Source of the DNA: a virus
Virus record (IMG/VR): IMGVR_UViG_3300020202_000063
Span: 1-64,000 of that record
Length of the DNA stretch: 64,000 bases
Direction: 5' to 3' (one strand)
Shown: one piece after another, positions 40,788 to 49,951 of the stretch
Numbering within the stretch: the stretch's first letter is position 1
Layout of the letters: every line of letters begins with the position of its first letter
The notes under the pieces: model-generated
Seen by the model: only the letters and a program-made list of their open reading frames with translations
Told to the model about the DNA's origin: nothing
Databases searched by the model: none
Translations under genes and position numbers: made by a program

Positions 40788-40961
40788 ATGCAATCAAAGA
40801 TTAAAATTACAGAAACTACAATTGAATTCGAAGAAATCAATGGAAAATTAGAAGCCCCCACACTCGACGATTTGGAAGCTTTTTCTCGGAATTTAACTGA
40901 CGAGGATAAAGAAGAGATTAAGAAATATTTCGCCAATCGTAAACCCAATACACTTAAATAA
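40788..40961 (+). CDS. Small hypothetical protein
   Basis: ORF filling the gap; second ATG preferred. Confidence 0.55.
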   Translation: MQSKIKITETTIEFEEINGKLEAPTLDDLEAFSRNLTDEDKEEIKKYFANRKPNTLK

Positions 40962-40962
40962 T

Positions 40963-41340
40963 ATGCCTAAAAAGAAAATTCCATCAACAGAAATTACTGG
41001 CGATTTAAAGCCGCGTCTCTCTCTTTATGAAATGGTTGGACTAAATGTCAATCCATATAACCAAAGAACTCTTGAAGAGTATCAGGCTTACCTAGACACA
41101 CTCAGTTTTATTGAGTTACATGAGCATGCCGCGCAGGAAGCGGGTGTGGTGCCGATTGACGATAGAGAGAAGCTATTAGAAAGACTTAGCCGCCAATTCA
41201 TCGTTGTAAATGGTCAATTAGAAGCGAATGCAATTCAGGTTAAAGAATCGCGGGAACAACTTGAGGCTTCAAAGAAGAAGTCGAAACTAAGTCCTGAAAA
41301 ACAGCGCCAACTCAAGGAAATTTTGGCAAGAGGCCGTTAA
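40963..41340 (+). CDS. Hypothetical protein (head module)
   Basis: 125-aa helical ORF. Confidence 0.7.
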   Translation: MPKKKIPSTEITGDLKPRLSLYEMVGLNVNPYNQRTLEEYQAYLDTLSFIELHEHAAQEAGVVPIDDREKLLERLSRQFIVVNGQLEANAIQVKESREQLEASKKKSKLSPEKQRQLKEILARGR

Positions 41341-41344
41341 TTTA

Positions 41345-41350
41345 GTGTAA
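41345..41350 (+). promoter_or_regulatory. GTGTAA putative late-promoter motif
   Basis: Intergenic, upstream of 41380. Confidence 0.6.
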
Positions 41351-41379
41351 CTTATAGATACAAAAACCCTTTTTAAACC

Positions 41380-41817
41380 ATGGCTTCTCTAGTCTATAGC
41401 AAATTTATCCAAAACGTCTTCAATGGTACGATTTCTCAGGTGGATTTTGATACCAACACCTTCAAGATGTTGTTAGTTACATCTTCTTACACACCAGATA
41501 GGGATGCACACGATTTTCGTAATGATATAACAAATGAAGTGGCAAACGGTAACGGATATACAACTGGCGGTGCCACTTTTGGCGCGATTACTGTAACACT
41601 TGACACTACCAATGACCGTATTGATATTACATTCCCGACAATTTCTTGGGCGAGTGCAACGTTTACTGCGCGCGCAGGTGTCATATACAAGGATGCGGGC
41701 GGGGCCGCAAGCGACCCCCTTATTGCGTACGTTGATTTTGGTACGGACGTAACCGCTACCGCTGGTACTTTCACAGTCACGTTCTCTGGTCCATTACGCT
41801 TCTCTAACGCAGCCTAA
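41380..41817 (+). CDS. Small virion structural protein (putative fibre subunit)
   Basis: DFDTNTFKMLLVTSSYTP..GYTTGG..TARAGVIY..LIAYVDFG, a common phage structural pattern. Confidence 0.7.
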   Translation: MASLVYSKFIQNVFNGTISQVDFDTNTFKMLLVTSSYTPDRDAHDFRNDITNEVANGNGYTTGGATFGAITVTLDTTNDRIDITFPTISWASATFTARAGVIYKDAGGAASDPLIAYVDFGTDVTATAGTFTVTFSGPLRFSNAA

Positions 41818-41829
41818 TTAGGATAACAT

Positions 41830-42168
41830 ATGGCTGATGCCCATAAAAATTTCAGTATCAGCGCTGTAACTAATAATCCGGGAACCGGTGGAACCTCACT
41901 CACTATAACGAGCGGCCATACGACCCGATTTCCCGACGCGCCTTTTAATGCTACTGTTTGTCCGGCCAGTACAACTCCGGACCCAAGCAATTCTGAAATT
42001 GTCCGGGTGATAGCCGTAGATGCCGGAACAAATACGTTCACAATTCAGCGCGCCCAAGAAAATACAACGGCCCGAAATATCGTGGCAACCGATTCAATAT
42101 TTGCGTCGGTTACGGTTAAAACTTTAACCGATGTTGAAACAGTAGCAAATCTAATGTTATTAATCTAA
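41830..42168 (+). CDS. Virion structural protein
   Basis: EIVRV..FTIQRAQENTTAR motif seen in phage fibre N-termini. Confidence 0.65.
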   Translation: MADAHKNFSISAVTNNPGTGGTSLTITSGHTTRFPDAPFNATVCPASTTPDPSNSEIVRVIAVDAGTNTFTIQRAQENTTARNIVATDSIFASVTVKTLTDVETVANLMLLI

Positions 42169-42171
42169 TCC

Positions 42172-42594
42172 ATGCCTAAACAAACTGCACTTTATCTCCC
42201 TGCTAACGTCAATAATTCGGGCGTAAATTTTGTCAATTCCGATGGCGTAGCATTCAAGAATCTTTACACTGCCGGAAATAATGATTCGGACGTTTATTCT
42301 ATCATTGCCGCGAGTAATGATTCTTCAGTTCGCGCCTTTCAATTAGCAATTCAACGTTCATCCATAAACTATCCACTTGGGACCATTTCAATTCCTACTG
42401 GTGCGGGCGGCACAAGCGCCGCTGTCCCTTCTGTCGATATGATAAATTCTACTTCCGTGCCGGGTTTACCCGTAAATGGCGCTGGTAAGCGATATATCTC
42501 CCTTCGTTCGGGTGAAAATCTTGTTGTAGCGCCAATGGTGGCATTCACTGCGGGTGCAACTGGTTGGGTATCAGCCTTTGGTCAAGATTATTAA
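42172..42594 (+). CDS. Virion structural protein (jelly-roll-like)
   Basis: Beta-rich, ends in FGQDY. Confidence 0.6.
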   Translation: MPKQTALYLPANVNNSGVNFVNSDGVAFKNLYTAGNNDSDVYSIIAASNDSSVRAFQLAIQRSSINYPLGTISIPTGAGGTSAAVPSVDMINSTSVPGLPVNGAGKRYISLRSGENLVVAPMVAFTAGATGWVSAFGQDY

Positions 42595-42599
42595 AATTT

Positions 42600-43721
42600 A
42601 TGCGCGTTTTAACGTCCCCTCAATTCAGGCCCGCGCCTGTTACTCAAACTGCGTTGGACGATGTACGCAAGTCTTCACGTATTAAAATTTCGCAGGCGGC
42701 GCATGGTTTAGTCGCAGAAGATGTAGTTTATAGTAATGCTGGTATTTGGGCCAAAGCAAAAGCGGATGCATTAACCACATCTTCGGTTGTTGGAGTTGTT
42801 GAGTCTGTTCTCGATATCAATACCGCCATAATCGTTATAAACGGTGAATTTACATTCACTACCGCCAAAACATCCAGCAGTATTTATTATTTGTCGGATA
42901 CTACAGCGGGGCTACTTACCCTTACACCGCCAACAGCTACAACTTCATATGTTGTTCAAGTGATAATTACGACGAGTACGGGCGCGGCATTTGTACAGGT
43001 TGGGGAACCAATGGCGTTGGCAAAATTGGCGATTACCGATATTGACAAGATGGATGCCACAACAGTAAATGGAGACCCAAATTCTAAAGTCGCTATTGGT
43101 TCGCATTTTTTAACGACTGAACCATTTACAACGATAACAGCCAATACAGGTACAGCTACTATTGCTGCGGCAGCGAGCGCACAAGGTATATTAACATTAA
43201 GTACCGAATCTAATTCAGCGGGTACAGCCGGTATTTATATTGGTCAGACTACTGGCACCCTAAATCAAATCGGATTGGGGCCAATAACAATTAAGGGAAG
43301 AATTAATCTTCCTGCGCTTTCAACAGCCAGCGAAGAATACATCTTTCGCTTTGGACTTGGTAACAACGTTACTGCTGCACCTACCATCGGTGTATTTTTT
43401 GAATATGATAGAGCATCAAATACGCTATGGCGATTGAGGAGTGGTAACGGTTCAGTTACAACGGTAAATGCTAGCGGAACTGGTTCAACTGTAGTACAAG
43501 CCACTTGGACAAAACTGCGTATTGAAATAAATGCTGCCGGTACAGCCGCAGAATTTTTTGTTAATGATGTTTCGATGGGTGTCGCAACAGGAACAATGCC
43601 AGTAAGCCCCGGTAACACATGCGGTCTTTTCGTTTCTATTATTAAAAGTGCGGGTACAACTGCTCGTACAGCCCAAGTTGATTATGCTTGGATGAAATTA
43701 GATATAACAAATCCAATGTAA
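42600..43721 (+). CDS. Fibre/adhesin with lectin-like C-terminal domain
   Basis: AKAKADA..VVGVV..YYLSDT.AG N-domain; ConA-like WTKLRIEI..FFVND. Confidence 0.65.
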   Translation: MRVLTSPQFRPAPVTQTALDDVRKSSRIKISQAAHGLVAEDVVYSNAGIWAKAKADALTTSSVVGVVESVLDINTAIIVINGEFTFTTAKTSSSIYYLSDTTAGLLTLTPPTATTSYVVQVIITTSTGAAFVQVGEPMALAKLAITDIDKMDATTVNGDPNSKVAIGSHFLTTEPFTTITANTGTATIAAAASAQGILTLSTESNSAGTAGIYIGQTTGTLNQIGLGPITIKGRINLPALSTASEEYIFRFGLGNNVTAAPTIGVFFEYDRASNTLWRLRSGNGSVTTVNASGTGSTVVQATWTKLRIEINAAGTAAEFFVNDVSMGVATGTMPVSPGNTCGLFVSIIKSAGTTARTAQVDYAWMKLDITNPM

Positions 43722-43727
43722 CATAAT

Positions 43728-44222
43728 ATGATACTACACGTTTGGAAAAATCCTAATTCTCGTTGTTTGGCTGAATGTATTCAAATTCAGGACAAACAGC
43801 CATATAGTACGATTGACCCTGAAACTGGCACAAAAATATATTTACCAATTCCTGTCGAAGACATTCCTGCTTTACCATATGAAATTATTGGTGATGGGTC
43901 TGTAGAGGATTTTGAAGCGTGGAGGGTACAACAAATAGCTACAGGCTGGGTCGCAGCGCCGCCAGAGCCAATAGTCCCATCCGCAGTTACTTGTGCAACT
44001 TTACGTATAGCTATAAAACGTCTTTATGGAATTACAGAAGAAAATGTTGATGCATTGATTGCTGGAATTTCGGATGTAAATGCCAAATGGGAAGCCGAAA
44101 CCCTTTGGAAGAAATCTCCAACAATTAGGAGACGGCATCCTCTTGTATTATCCTTTTCGGCAGCGTTTGGATTAACCTCTAGTCAAGTAGACCAAGCGTT
44201 TATATTAGCTGAGACTTTGTAA
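43728..44222 (+). CDS. Putative tail-fibre assembly/chaperone protein
   Basis: W..SPTIRRRHPLV..FGLTSSQVDQAF motif. Confidence 0.6.
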   Translation: MILHVWKNPNSRCLAECIQIQDKQPYSTIDPETGTKIYLPIPVEDIPALPYEIIGDGSVEDFEAWRVQQIATGWVAAPPEPIVPSAVTCATLRIAIKRLYGITEENVDALIAGISDVNAKWEAETLWKKSPTIRRRHPLVLSFSAAFGLTSSQVDQAFILAETL

Positions 44223-44226
44223 TCGA

Positions 44227-45990
44227 ATGGCTAACTATTATTGGGTCGGTGGGACAGCTAATTGGGACACATCAACCGGAACAAATAGATGGGCTACCAC
44301 TTCAGCAGGTGGAACATTTCATACAAATCCTCCCGGTGCTGGCGATGACGTATTTTTTGATGCAGGGTCCGGTGTTGTAAATTGTACAATCTCCGCTAAT
44401 GCTTTCTGTCGTTCATTAAACTGCTCAAACTTCACTGGTACACTAACACATACAAATGGAGTTACGTTAGCTATTGGTGATGGGACAGCAGGAACAAGTA
44501 ATATCGCATTGAAATTTGTTTCTGGAATGACATATAGTCCAAATGCGACAGGTAGTATAATAGATTTCGTGTCAACTTCCACTACTCTTCAAACTATCGA
44601 CTTCGGCACAAGGCAGGCGTGCCGGTTGCGGTTCACGGCGGCAGGGAAATGGGCGTTTATATCTGCTTTCACGACGGCCAATGTTGCCACCCAGATTAAT
44701 ATAATCGGGGGTGCGGAAGTCCACGTTGACGGACTTAGTGATAATTCCGGATTTGACCACACGTGGGGCTATTTATCGATGGCTCACGCTTCGGCCAATC
44801 TGTACCTCGGTAACGCAACCGTCCGGATTCGTGACACGAGCAATGTGGTTCAAATCAGTGCTGGGACCGTCATTCCGGGTGCCTCTACTTTCATCATTCA
44901 GGGTGGAGGTTCTTCCTCGTTCTGGGGCGGCGGAAAGAATTACTGGAACATTCGGTTTACCTGTACCGGACAGGGGACAATCCTAGATAATGGGACGACG
45001 TTCAATGACATCTCACACGCGAGCCCATGCACCTCGCTTCGGTTCGGTGAGGATTCAACCTATAATGTCACATCATTTAGCGTTCGCGGCACGTCAGCCT
45101 CAAGGTTTCCCGTTCTATCGAATGGCCGCACGTTCACGCTCAATAAGACGTCTGGTTTAGTTTCCTGTGACTGGCTCACGCTCTCCAACTGTAAGACTAG
45201 CGGCGGGGCGGTATGGTTCGCTGGCTATAACAGCATCGACGAGGGGCTGAACAGCGGGTGGCTTTTCCGTGGACCGCAGCCGAGGGTGATTAGACGCCTT
45301 GTTGTCGATAATGCCTACCGCTTCAATGGGTCTCAGTACAATCAGTTCACAGGCGGAGGAGCTACAGCAGACCCGACTGAATACACTTTGGCAGCGTGGG
45401 TGAAACTCGACCACGCCGGGTTGGACTTGGGTATTGTCTTTCGCTCGAATGGAAATCCGTCCGCTTCCTATTCCCATGAGCTTTCTTTTTCAGGTGCACT
45501 AAGAAAATTCGTTTCCAAAACGTATGACGGTACTTTGAAAGATTGTGTAGGGACAACTACAGTGGTCAAAGATGTCTGGTATCACGTTGTTGCCACAGCG
45601 AAGAACGGAAGTGCGGTGAGATTGTATGTTAATGGTGTAGCCGAAGGTACTCCGATGGCGATAGGCACGCTTTGGCTTGATGGTAATGACTGGTGGGTTG
45701 GGCGTGGCAATTCAGGTGCTCCCATTACGGGTGGCTCAATCGTCCCGACCCCCTTTCAGGGGTTGATGAGAGATTTGGTTGTTTGGAAAAAGGAACTAAC
45801 CGCCAGCGAAATCCTTTCGCTTGCCAACGGCTCAAAGCGCCCCGGTGACATTCAAGCCGCAGACTTAGTTATTTATTGCCCGATGAATAATACGGGCAAC
45901 GGTAACAACGTATCTGGAAACTGGACTGAAAGGGTAGGCGGCCTGACTCAGAATCCAACAGGAACGTGCGTCGGAGGACTATTTCCATGA
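44227..45990 (+). CDS. Beta-helix + LamG/ConA domain virion protein
   Basis: YYWVGGTANWD..PGAGDDVFFDA; TLAAWVK..WYHVVAT..LYVNG..ELTASEI. Confidence 0.8.
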   Translation: MANYYWVGGTANWDTSTGTNRWATTSAGGTFHTNPPGAGDDVFFDAGSGVVNCTISANAFCRSLNCSNFTGTLTHTNGVTLAIGDGTAGTSNIALKFVSGMTYSPNATGSIIDFVSTSTTLQTIDFGTRQACRLRFTAAGKWAFISAFTTANVATQINIIGGAEVHVDGLSDNSGFDHTWGYLSMAHASANLYLGNATVRIRDTSNVVQISAGTVIPGASTFIIQGGGSSSFWGGGKNYWNIRFTCTGQGTILDNGTTFNDISHASPCTSLRFGEDSTYNVTSFSVRGTSASRFPVLSNGRTFTLNKTSGLVSCDWLTLSNCKTSGGAVWFAGYNSIDEGLNSGWLFRGPQPRVIRRLVVDNAYRFNGSQYNQFTGGGATADPTEYTLAAWVKLDHAGLDLGIVFRSNGNPSASYSHELSFSGALRKFVSKTYDGTLKDCVGTTTVVKDVWYHVVATAKNGSAVRLYVNGVAEGTPMAIGTLWLDGNDWWVGRGNSGAPITGGSIVPTPFQGLMRDLVVWKKELTASEILSLANGSKRPGDIQAADLVIYCPMNNTGNGNNVSGNWTERVGGLTQNPTGTCVGGLFP

Positions 45991-46670
45991 GCGTAATTCG
46001 AGCAGGCATCAGCAATACCCTCCTCAACAATCTAGTTGCCTACTGGAAACTAGATGAAGCGAGCGGCAGCCGCGCCGACTCGAAGGGGAGTCACACGTTA
46101 TCAGATATCAACACAGTCACGCAGGCGGCAGGCAAGCACGGCAATGCGGCACAATTCACTGCTGCTAACTTGGAACGGCTGAATCTTGCTGATGACGCTA
46201 ACTTTAGAATTAACACGAATGCGCTTACGATAGCTGGGTGGTTTTATTTGGATTCACTTAACGAAAACAGAGCTATTATCGCCAAGCGCGCTGAGTGGGT
46301 GCTATATGTAGATGGTGCCAACAAACCAACTTTCAACTTTCCGGGCGATGGGACCATTCAGACTCCAACTGCAGTATCTTCCGGGCAGTGGTACTTTGTT
46401 GTAGGTTGGTGGAAAAATGAGAATAATGCCGGACGTGGAGCTTTATACATTCAGGTCAATAACGGCACAATCTACAATACTGGTCTAGTTAACGGATTCG
46501 CTAATTGGGACACAGATGTTAATATCGGTGCGTGGGAAGAGGGGGTTAATAGTTATACGTTTTTCTGGAACGGCCGCTTAGACAGCATCGGAGTGTGGCG
46601 GCGTGAGTTGACAGCAGAAGAACGTGCATTACTTTATAATGGTGGTAATGGTAGAAATTATCCTTTTTAA
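45987..46670 (+). CDS. LamG/ConA-like domain protein
   Basis: LVAYWKLDEASG..WYFVV..GRLDSIGVWRRELT; ATG 45987 with GGAGGA. Confidence 0.85.
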   Translation: MSVIRAGISNTLLNNLVAYWKLDEASGSRADSKGSHTLSDINTVTQAAGKHGNAAQFTAANLERLNLADDANFRINTNALTIAGWFYLDSLNENRAIIAKRAEWVLYVDGANKPTFNFPGDGTIQTPTAVSSGQWYFVVGWWKNENNAGRGALYIQVNNGTIYNTGLVNGFANWDTDVNIGAWEEGVNSYTFFWNGRLDSIGVWRRELTAEERALLYNGGNGRNYPF

Positions 46671-46677
46671 ATATTTA

Positions 46678-46683
46678 GTGTAA
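46678..46683 (+). promoter_or_regulatory. GTGTAA putative late-promoter motif
   Basis: 11 nt before ATG 46695. Confidence 0.6.
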
Positions 46684-46694
46684 TCTAACGTACA

Positions 46695-47960
46695 ATGTCA
46701 TTCGGCGCAGCATATTTCGGCCAAGGCTACTTCGGTGGCTATCCTGTTACTACCGGCGGTGGTGGTGGCGACGGAAATGCGTCTGGAAGTTTGCCGACAG
46801 TTACAGTTATAGCGCCAGTTGCCACAGCTACAGGTAATGCTAACATAAGTGTAACCCCGACAACTATTACCGTAATAGCACCAACGGTATCGGCAGCGGG
46901 TAATGCAGATTGTAGTGGTAATATAGGGACTATTACTCTTTCTGCGCCAGCCGCGACAGCGACAGGCGACGCAAACACGTCAGGCGGATTAAATACAATT
47001 ACTGTTTCCGCTCTCGCAGGTAGCGCCAGCGGCGACGGTGGTGCCAGCGGCAATATAGGGACTGTTACAACTTCCGCGCCAGCGGCAAGCGGTACTGGTG
47101 ATGCGAATGCTTCTGGCGGTCTAAATACAATCACTGTAACTGCTCCCGCAGGTTCGGGTGCCGGAAATGGTAATACAAGTGGCAACATTGGTACTATCAC
47201 AATTACCGCTCCAACCGCTACTGCTGCTTCGTCGGGCGATGGTAATGCTACAGGTGCGCTGCCAACCGTTACAGTAGTTGCGCCAACCGCAACAGTAACA
47301 GCAGACGCAAATACCAGCGGTAATATAGGTACGGTCACATTGTCTGCCCCAGCGGGTAGCGCAGCGGGTAATGGTGATGCGACTGTCACACCAAATACTA
47401 TCACGGTTACAGCGCCAAACGCAAGCGGAACGGGAACCGCGAATACAAGTGGTGCAATTGGAACTATAACCGTTATCGCACCACAAGGTACGGCAGCAAT
47501 ATCATCTGATGGTAATGCAACGGGTGCGTTACCAACGATTACCGTTTCTGCGCCCGCCGCTACAGCAACAGGCAACGCGGGTGCGACGCCTAATTTACCA
47601 ACAATCACTGTTACAGCCCCAAGTGTTGCGGCAACGGCTGACGCAAATACAAGTGGTAATATATCCACAATCACTCTTAGTGCGCCAAATGCAACAGCAA
47701 CAGGCGGCGCTATTGCAAGTGCCAATATTGCAACAATCATTATTTCGGCGCTATCGGGCACGGGCACTGGCATAGCAAATACGAGTGGTTCAATCGGCAC
47801 AATTACGATTACGGCTCCAACTGCCGTCGCGCAGGATTTACAGCCAAACGTAGTCATTTCAGCCATGATTCCGCTCAGAAACAACCGGGCAAATGGTGTA
47901 ATTTATAAGGCCAATGTTGGTCAAAGACACCTTAAAGCCAAAGTTTCTCCCAAAACATAA
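46695..47960 (+). CDS. Ala/Thr/Gly-rich repeat protein (16 x ~22 aa)
   Basis: Tandem GNANTSGNIGTITLSAPAATAT-type units after an FG..YFG head. Confidence 0.85.
   Translation: MSFGAAYFGQGYFGGYPVTTGGGGGDGNASGSLPTVTVIAPVATATGNANISVTPTTITVIAPTVSAAGNADCSGNIGTITLSAPAATATGDANTSGGLNTITVSALAGSASGDGGASGNIGTVTTSAPAASGTGDANASGGLNTITVTAPAGSGAGNGNTSGNIGTITITAPTATAASSGDGNATGALPTVTVVAPTATVTADANTSGNIGTVTLSAPAGSAAGNGDATVTPNTITVTAPNASGTGTANTSGAIGTITVIAPQGTAAISSDGNATGALPTITVSAPAATATGNAGATPNLPTITVTAPSVAATADANTSGNISTITLSAPNATATGGAIASANIATIIISALSGTGTGIANTSGSIGTITITAPTAVAQDLQPNVVISAMIPLRNNRANGVIYKANVGQRHLKAKVSPKT
46767..47834 (+). repeat. 16 degenerate ~66-bp coding repeats
   Basis: Counted from the translation. 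Confidence 0.85.
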
Positions 47961-48286
47961 TGAGTTACGATTTTACAATTAAGCAGGGCGCGCGCTTTCC
48001 TCAACTAGATGCAGTATTGCAGGATGAGGACGGCAACATAATATCCTTGACGGGAGCTAATTATGCTACCTTCGCCATGCGTCCGTTGGCCACTCTTACA
48101 TCTATAACCGGTTTGGCATCTATCATCGATGCGGCAGGGGGACATGTCCGATATGCTTGGGCGAGCGGCGATACCAACATAGCGGGTCCAGCCGATGCAG
48201 AATTTATCGTCAATTTTACAAATGGAGAACTCGTATTCCCGAGTGATGATTATATTCGCATTAATATTGTGGACAATCTAACATGA
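47960..48286 (+). CDS. BppU-N/Ig-like anchor protein
   Basis: FTIKQG..ISLTGA..G.VRYAW.SGDT..AEF..FPSDDYIRI. Confidence 0.7.
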   Translation: MSYDFTIKQGARFPQLDAVLQDEDGNIISLTGANYATFAMRPLATLTSITGLASIIDAAGGHVRYAWASGDTNIAGPADAEFIVNFTNGELVFPSDDYIRINIVDNLT

Positions 48287-48717
48287 ACCTTTATAATCTA
48301 GCTTATAATACTTGGAATGATTTAAATCAACCTGAAGATACGACTGCTAGTTATATTTCAGGCTGGTATCTACATAGCTCCAATTTAGGTTTACTTAACA
48401 ACGTTCTTGGTACTTGTTTCAGTGGGGTTGGTGGGGCTATATCTCCAGAATTAGGCAACGAAGAAGCCGCGATTTATAGCGAAATATTCAAGCAAAATTA
48501 TTGCAAACGAAAGATTTATTCGAACCTTGGGGCAAGTTCGATTCAATGGACGGAGATAAGAGAAGGTGATGGAGTGATTAGGCGCGCAAGCCCAACAGAA
48601 GTCGCAAAAGTATTTAAGGATTTACTTAAAGAATCCAATGCGACTTTCAAAGATTTGGTCCAATCTTATAAATCGAACTTGTCTTTCCCACGTAGCAACG
48701 ACTTCTCCGCGCCATAA
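48283..48717 (+). CDS. Putative head-tail adaptor protein
   Basis: Helical N-part and IREGDGVIRR beta-hairpin. Confidence 0.5.
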   Translation: MNLYNLAYNTWNDLNQPEDTTASYISGWYLHSSNLGLLNNVLGTCFSGVGGAISPELGNEEAAIYSEIFKQNYCKRKIYSNLGASSIQWTEIREGDGVIRRASPTEVAKVFKDLLKESNATFKDLVQSYKSNLSFPRSNDFSAP

Positions 48718-48726
48718 CCTCGTATC

Positions 48727-49947
48727 ATGGAGTTAACGCAATACAACTCGGCGGCGATGTTTGTTGGGCCAAGTGTGGCGCTTAGTCAACACACCCCCAT
48801 AAATATTTTGCCGCTTTATGGCATTCAGTCCGCCTCTTTTGATTTTGGCGAACCCCTGACCGATATGGAAAGTGCTGAAGGTGTATATGAGCGCCTTCAT
48901 CTTAATCCAAATGAAGTAAATCTTCGTTTTAGTTATCATGTTCGTGATGGCACGAATGAGGAAAATATGGGATTAATGATAGATGGCACCGGTTCCGCCT
49001 TTGCCTATCTGTGGAATTACGAGCGTAATTACTTTCTCGCTACCCGTAACGATGGGCGCGATATTCTCATTTATTCTGGATACGATACAACTGTATTTGC
49101 GTTTGGACAGGGTTGTATTACATCATATGGTGTCAGAGCGACCGTTGGAGAGCCATTAATGGCTAACGTTTCACTGTCATTCTTAAATGTGGGCGTCTCT
49201 CTTTCTGGTTTAGATGTACAACTACCGGTTGTTCATAAAACTGACGGAACAACAGTTTATACATATGGATTTGATAACAATTTCTATACTGGTTCGGGAG
49301 ATTCAGTAGATTATACGAGTTCCGTTTCAGACCTATTTACGGGTTCTGGTACGAACAATGCCGAAACTGATAATTCATCATATTTTGCAACCGGTACTGG
49401 CTGGACTACAGATTGGCAAGCCCTCGACACGACTTATACGTTACCTTCGGTTTATTTTGATAATGCCCCGCTTTATGCAATTGGACCGGGCGACATCACA
49501 TTACATATTCCAAATGATGCGACCTTCTCTGATATTATCAGTGGAGAAGATGCCTGTGTGATTCAGAGTTTTGATTTACAGGCGGCGCTCATACATTTCG
49601 ACGACCGTCCAATGGGATATGTTTATCCGCGTAATCGGTTGGTTGACCCGCCGATTGAAGTACGTTTCAATGTTAATGCGTTTGTGGATAGAAGTAAGGC
49701 GGCGTTACTCAACGAACGTCTATGTATGAATTCGGGTCAAGCAATAGAAATTTCCGTAAGGAATCGTTGCAATAATTCGACCGAAATTATCAAATATCGA
49801 CTTGAAGGCGCGCGCCTAACCAATACCTCTACCGAACTAAGCATTGGTAATATAATGCAAGTGTCATATAATTGGTCTGCTCAGATATTTGAGCAAAATG
49901 AAACTGGCGTCACACTCGCCAATTTATTAATTACGGCAAACCCGTAA
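48727..49947 (+). CDS. Tail tube-like protein (paralog 3)
   Basis: IQSASFDF, DGTNEENMG, ERNYFL, PGDITL, IQSFDL shared with 8481. Confidence 0.7.
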   Translation: MELTQYNSAAMFVGPSVALSQHTPINILPLYGIQSASFDFGEPLTDMESAEGVYERLHLNPNEVNLRFSYHVRDGTNEENMGLMIDGTGSAFAYLWNYERNYFLATRNDGRDILIYSGYDTTVFAFGQGCITSYGVRATVGEPLMANVSLSFLNVGVSLSGLDVQLPVVHKTDGTTVYTYGFDNNFYTGSGDSVDYTSSVSDLFTGSGTNNAETDNSSYFATGTGWTTDWQALDTTYTLPSVYFDNAPLYAIGPGDITLHIPNDATFSDIISGEDACVIQSFDLQAALIHFDDRPMGYVYPRNRLVDPPIEVRFNVNAFVDRSKAALLNERLCMNSGQAIEISVRNRCNNSTEIIKYRLEGARLTNTSTELSIGNIMQVSYNWSAQIFEQNETGVTLANLLITANP

Positions 49948-49951
49948 TTGA

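Noticed and set aside
46767-47834. Possible CRISPR array or DGR repeats
   Set aside because: Repeats are degenerate, in-frame and coding; no spacers, cas genes or reverse transcriptase
46739-47884. 381-aa antisense ORF
   Set aside because: Mirror of the Ala/Thr/Gly repeat gene
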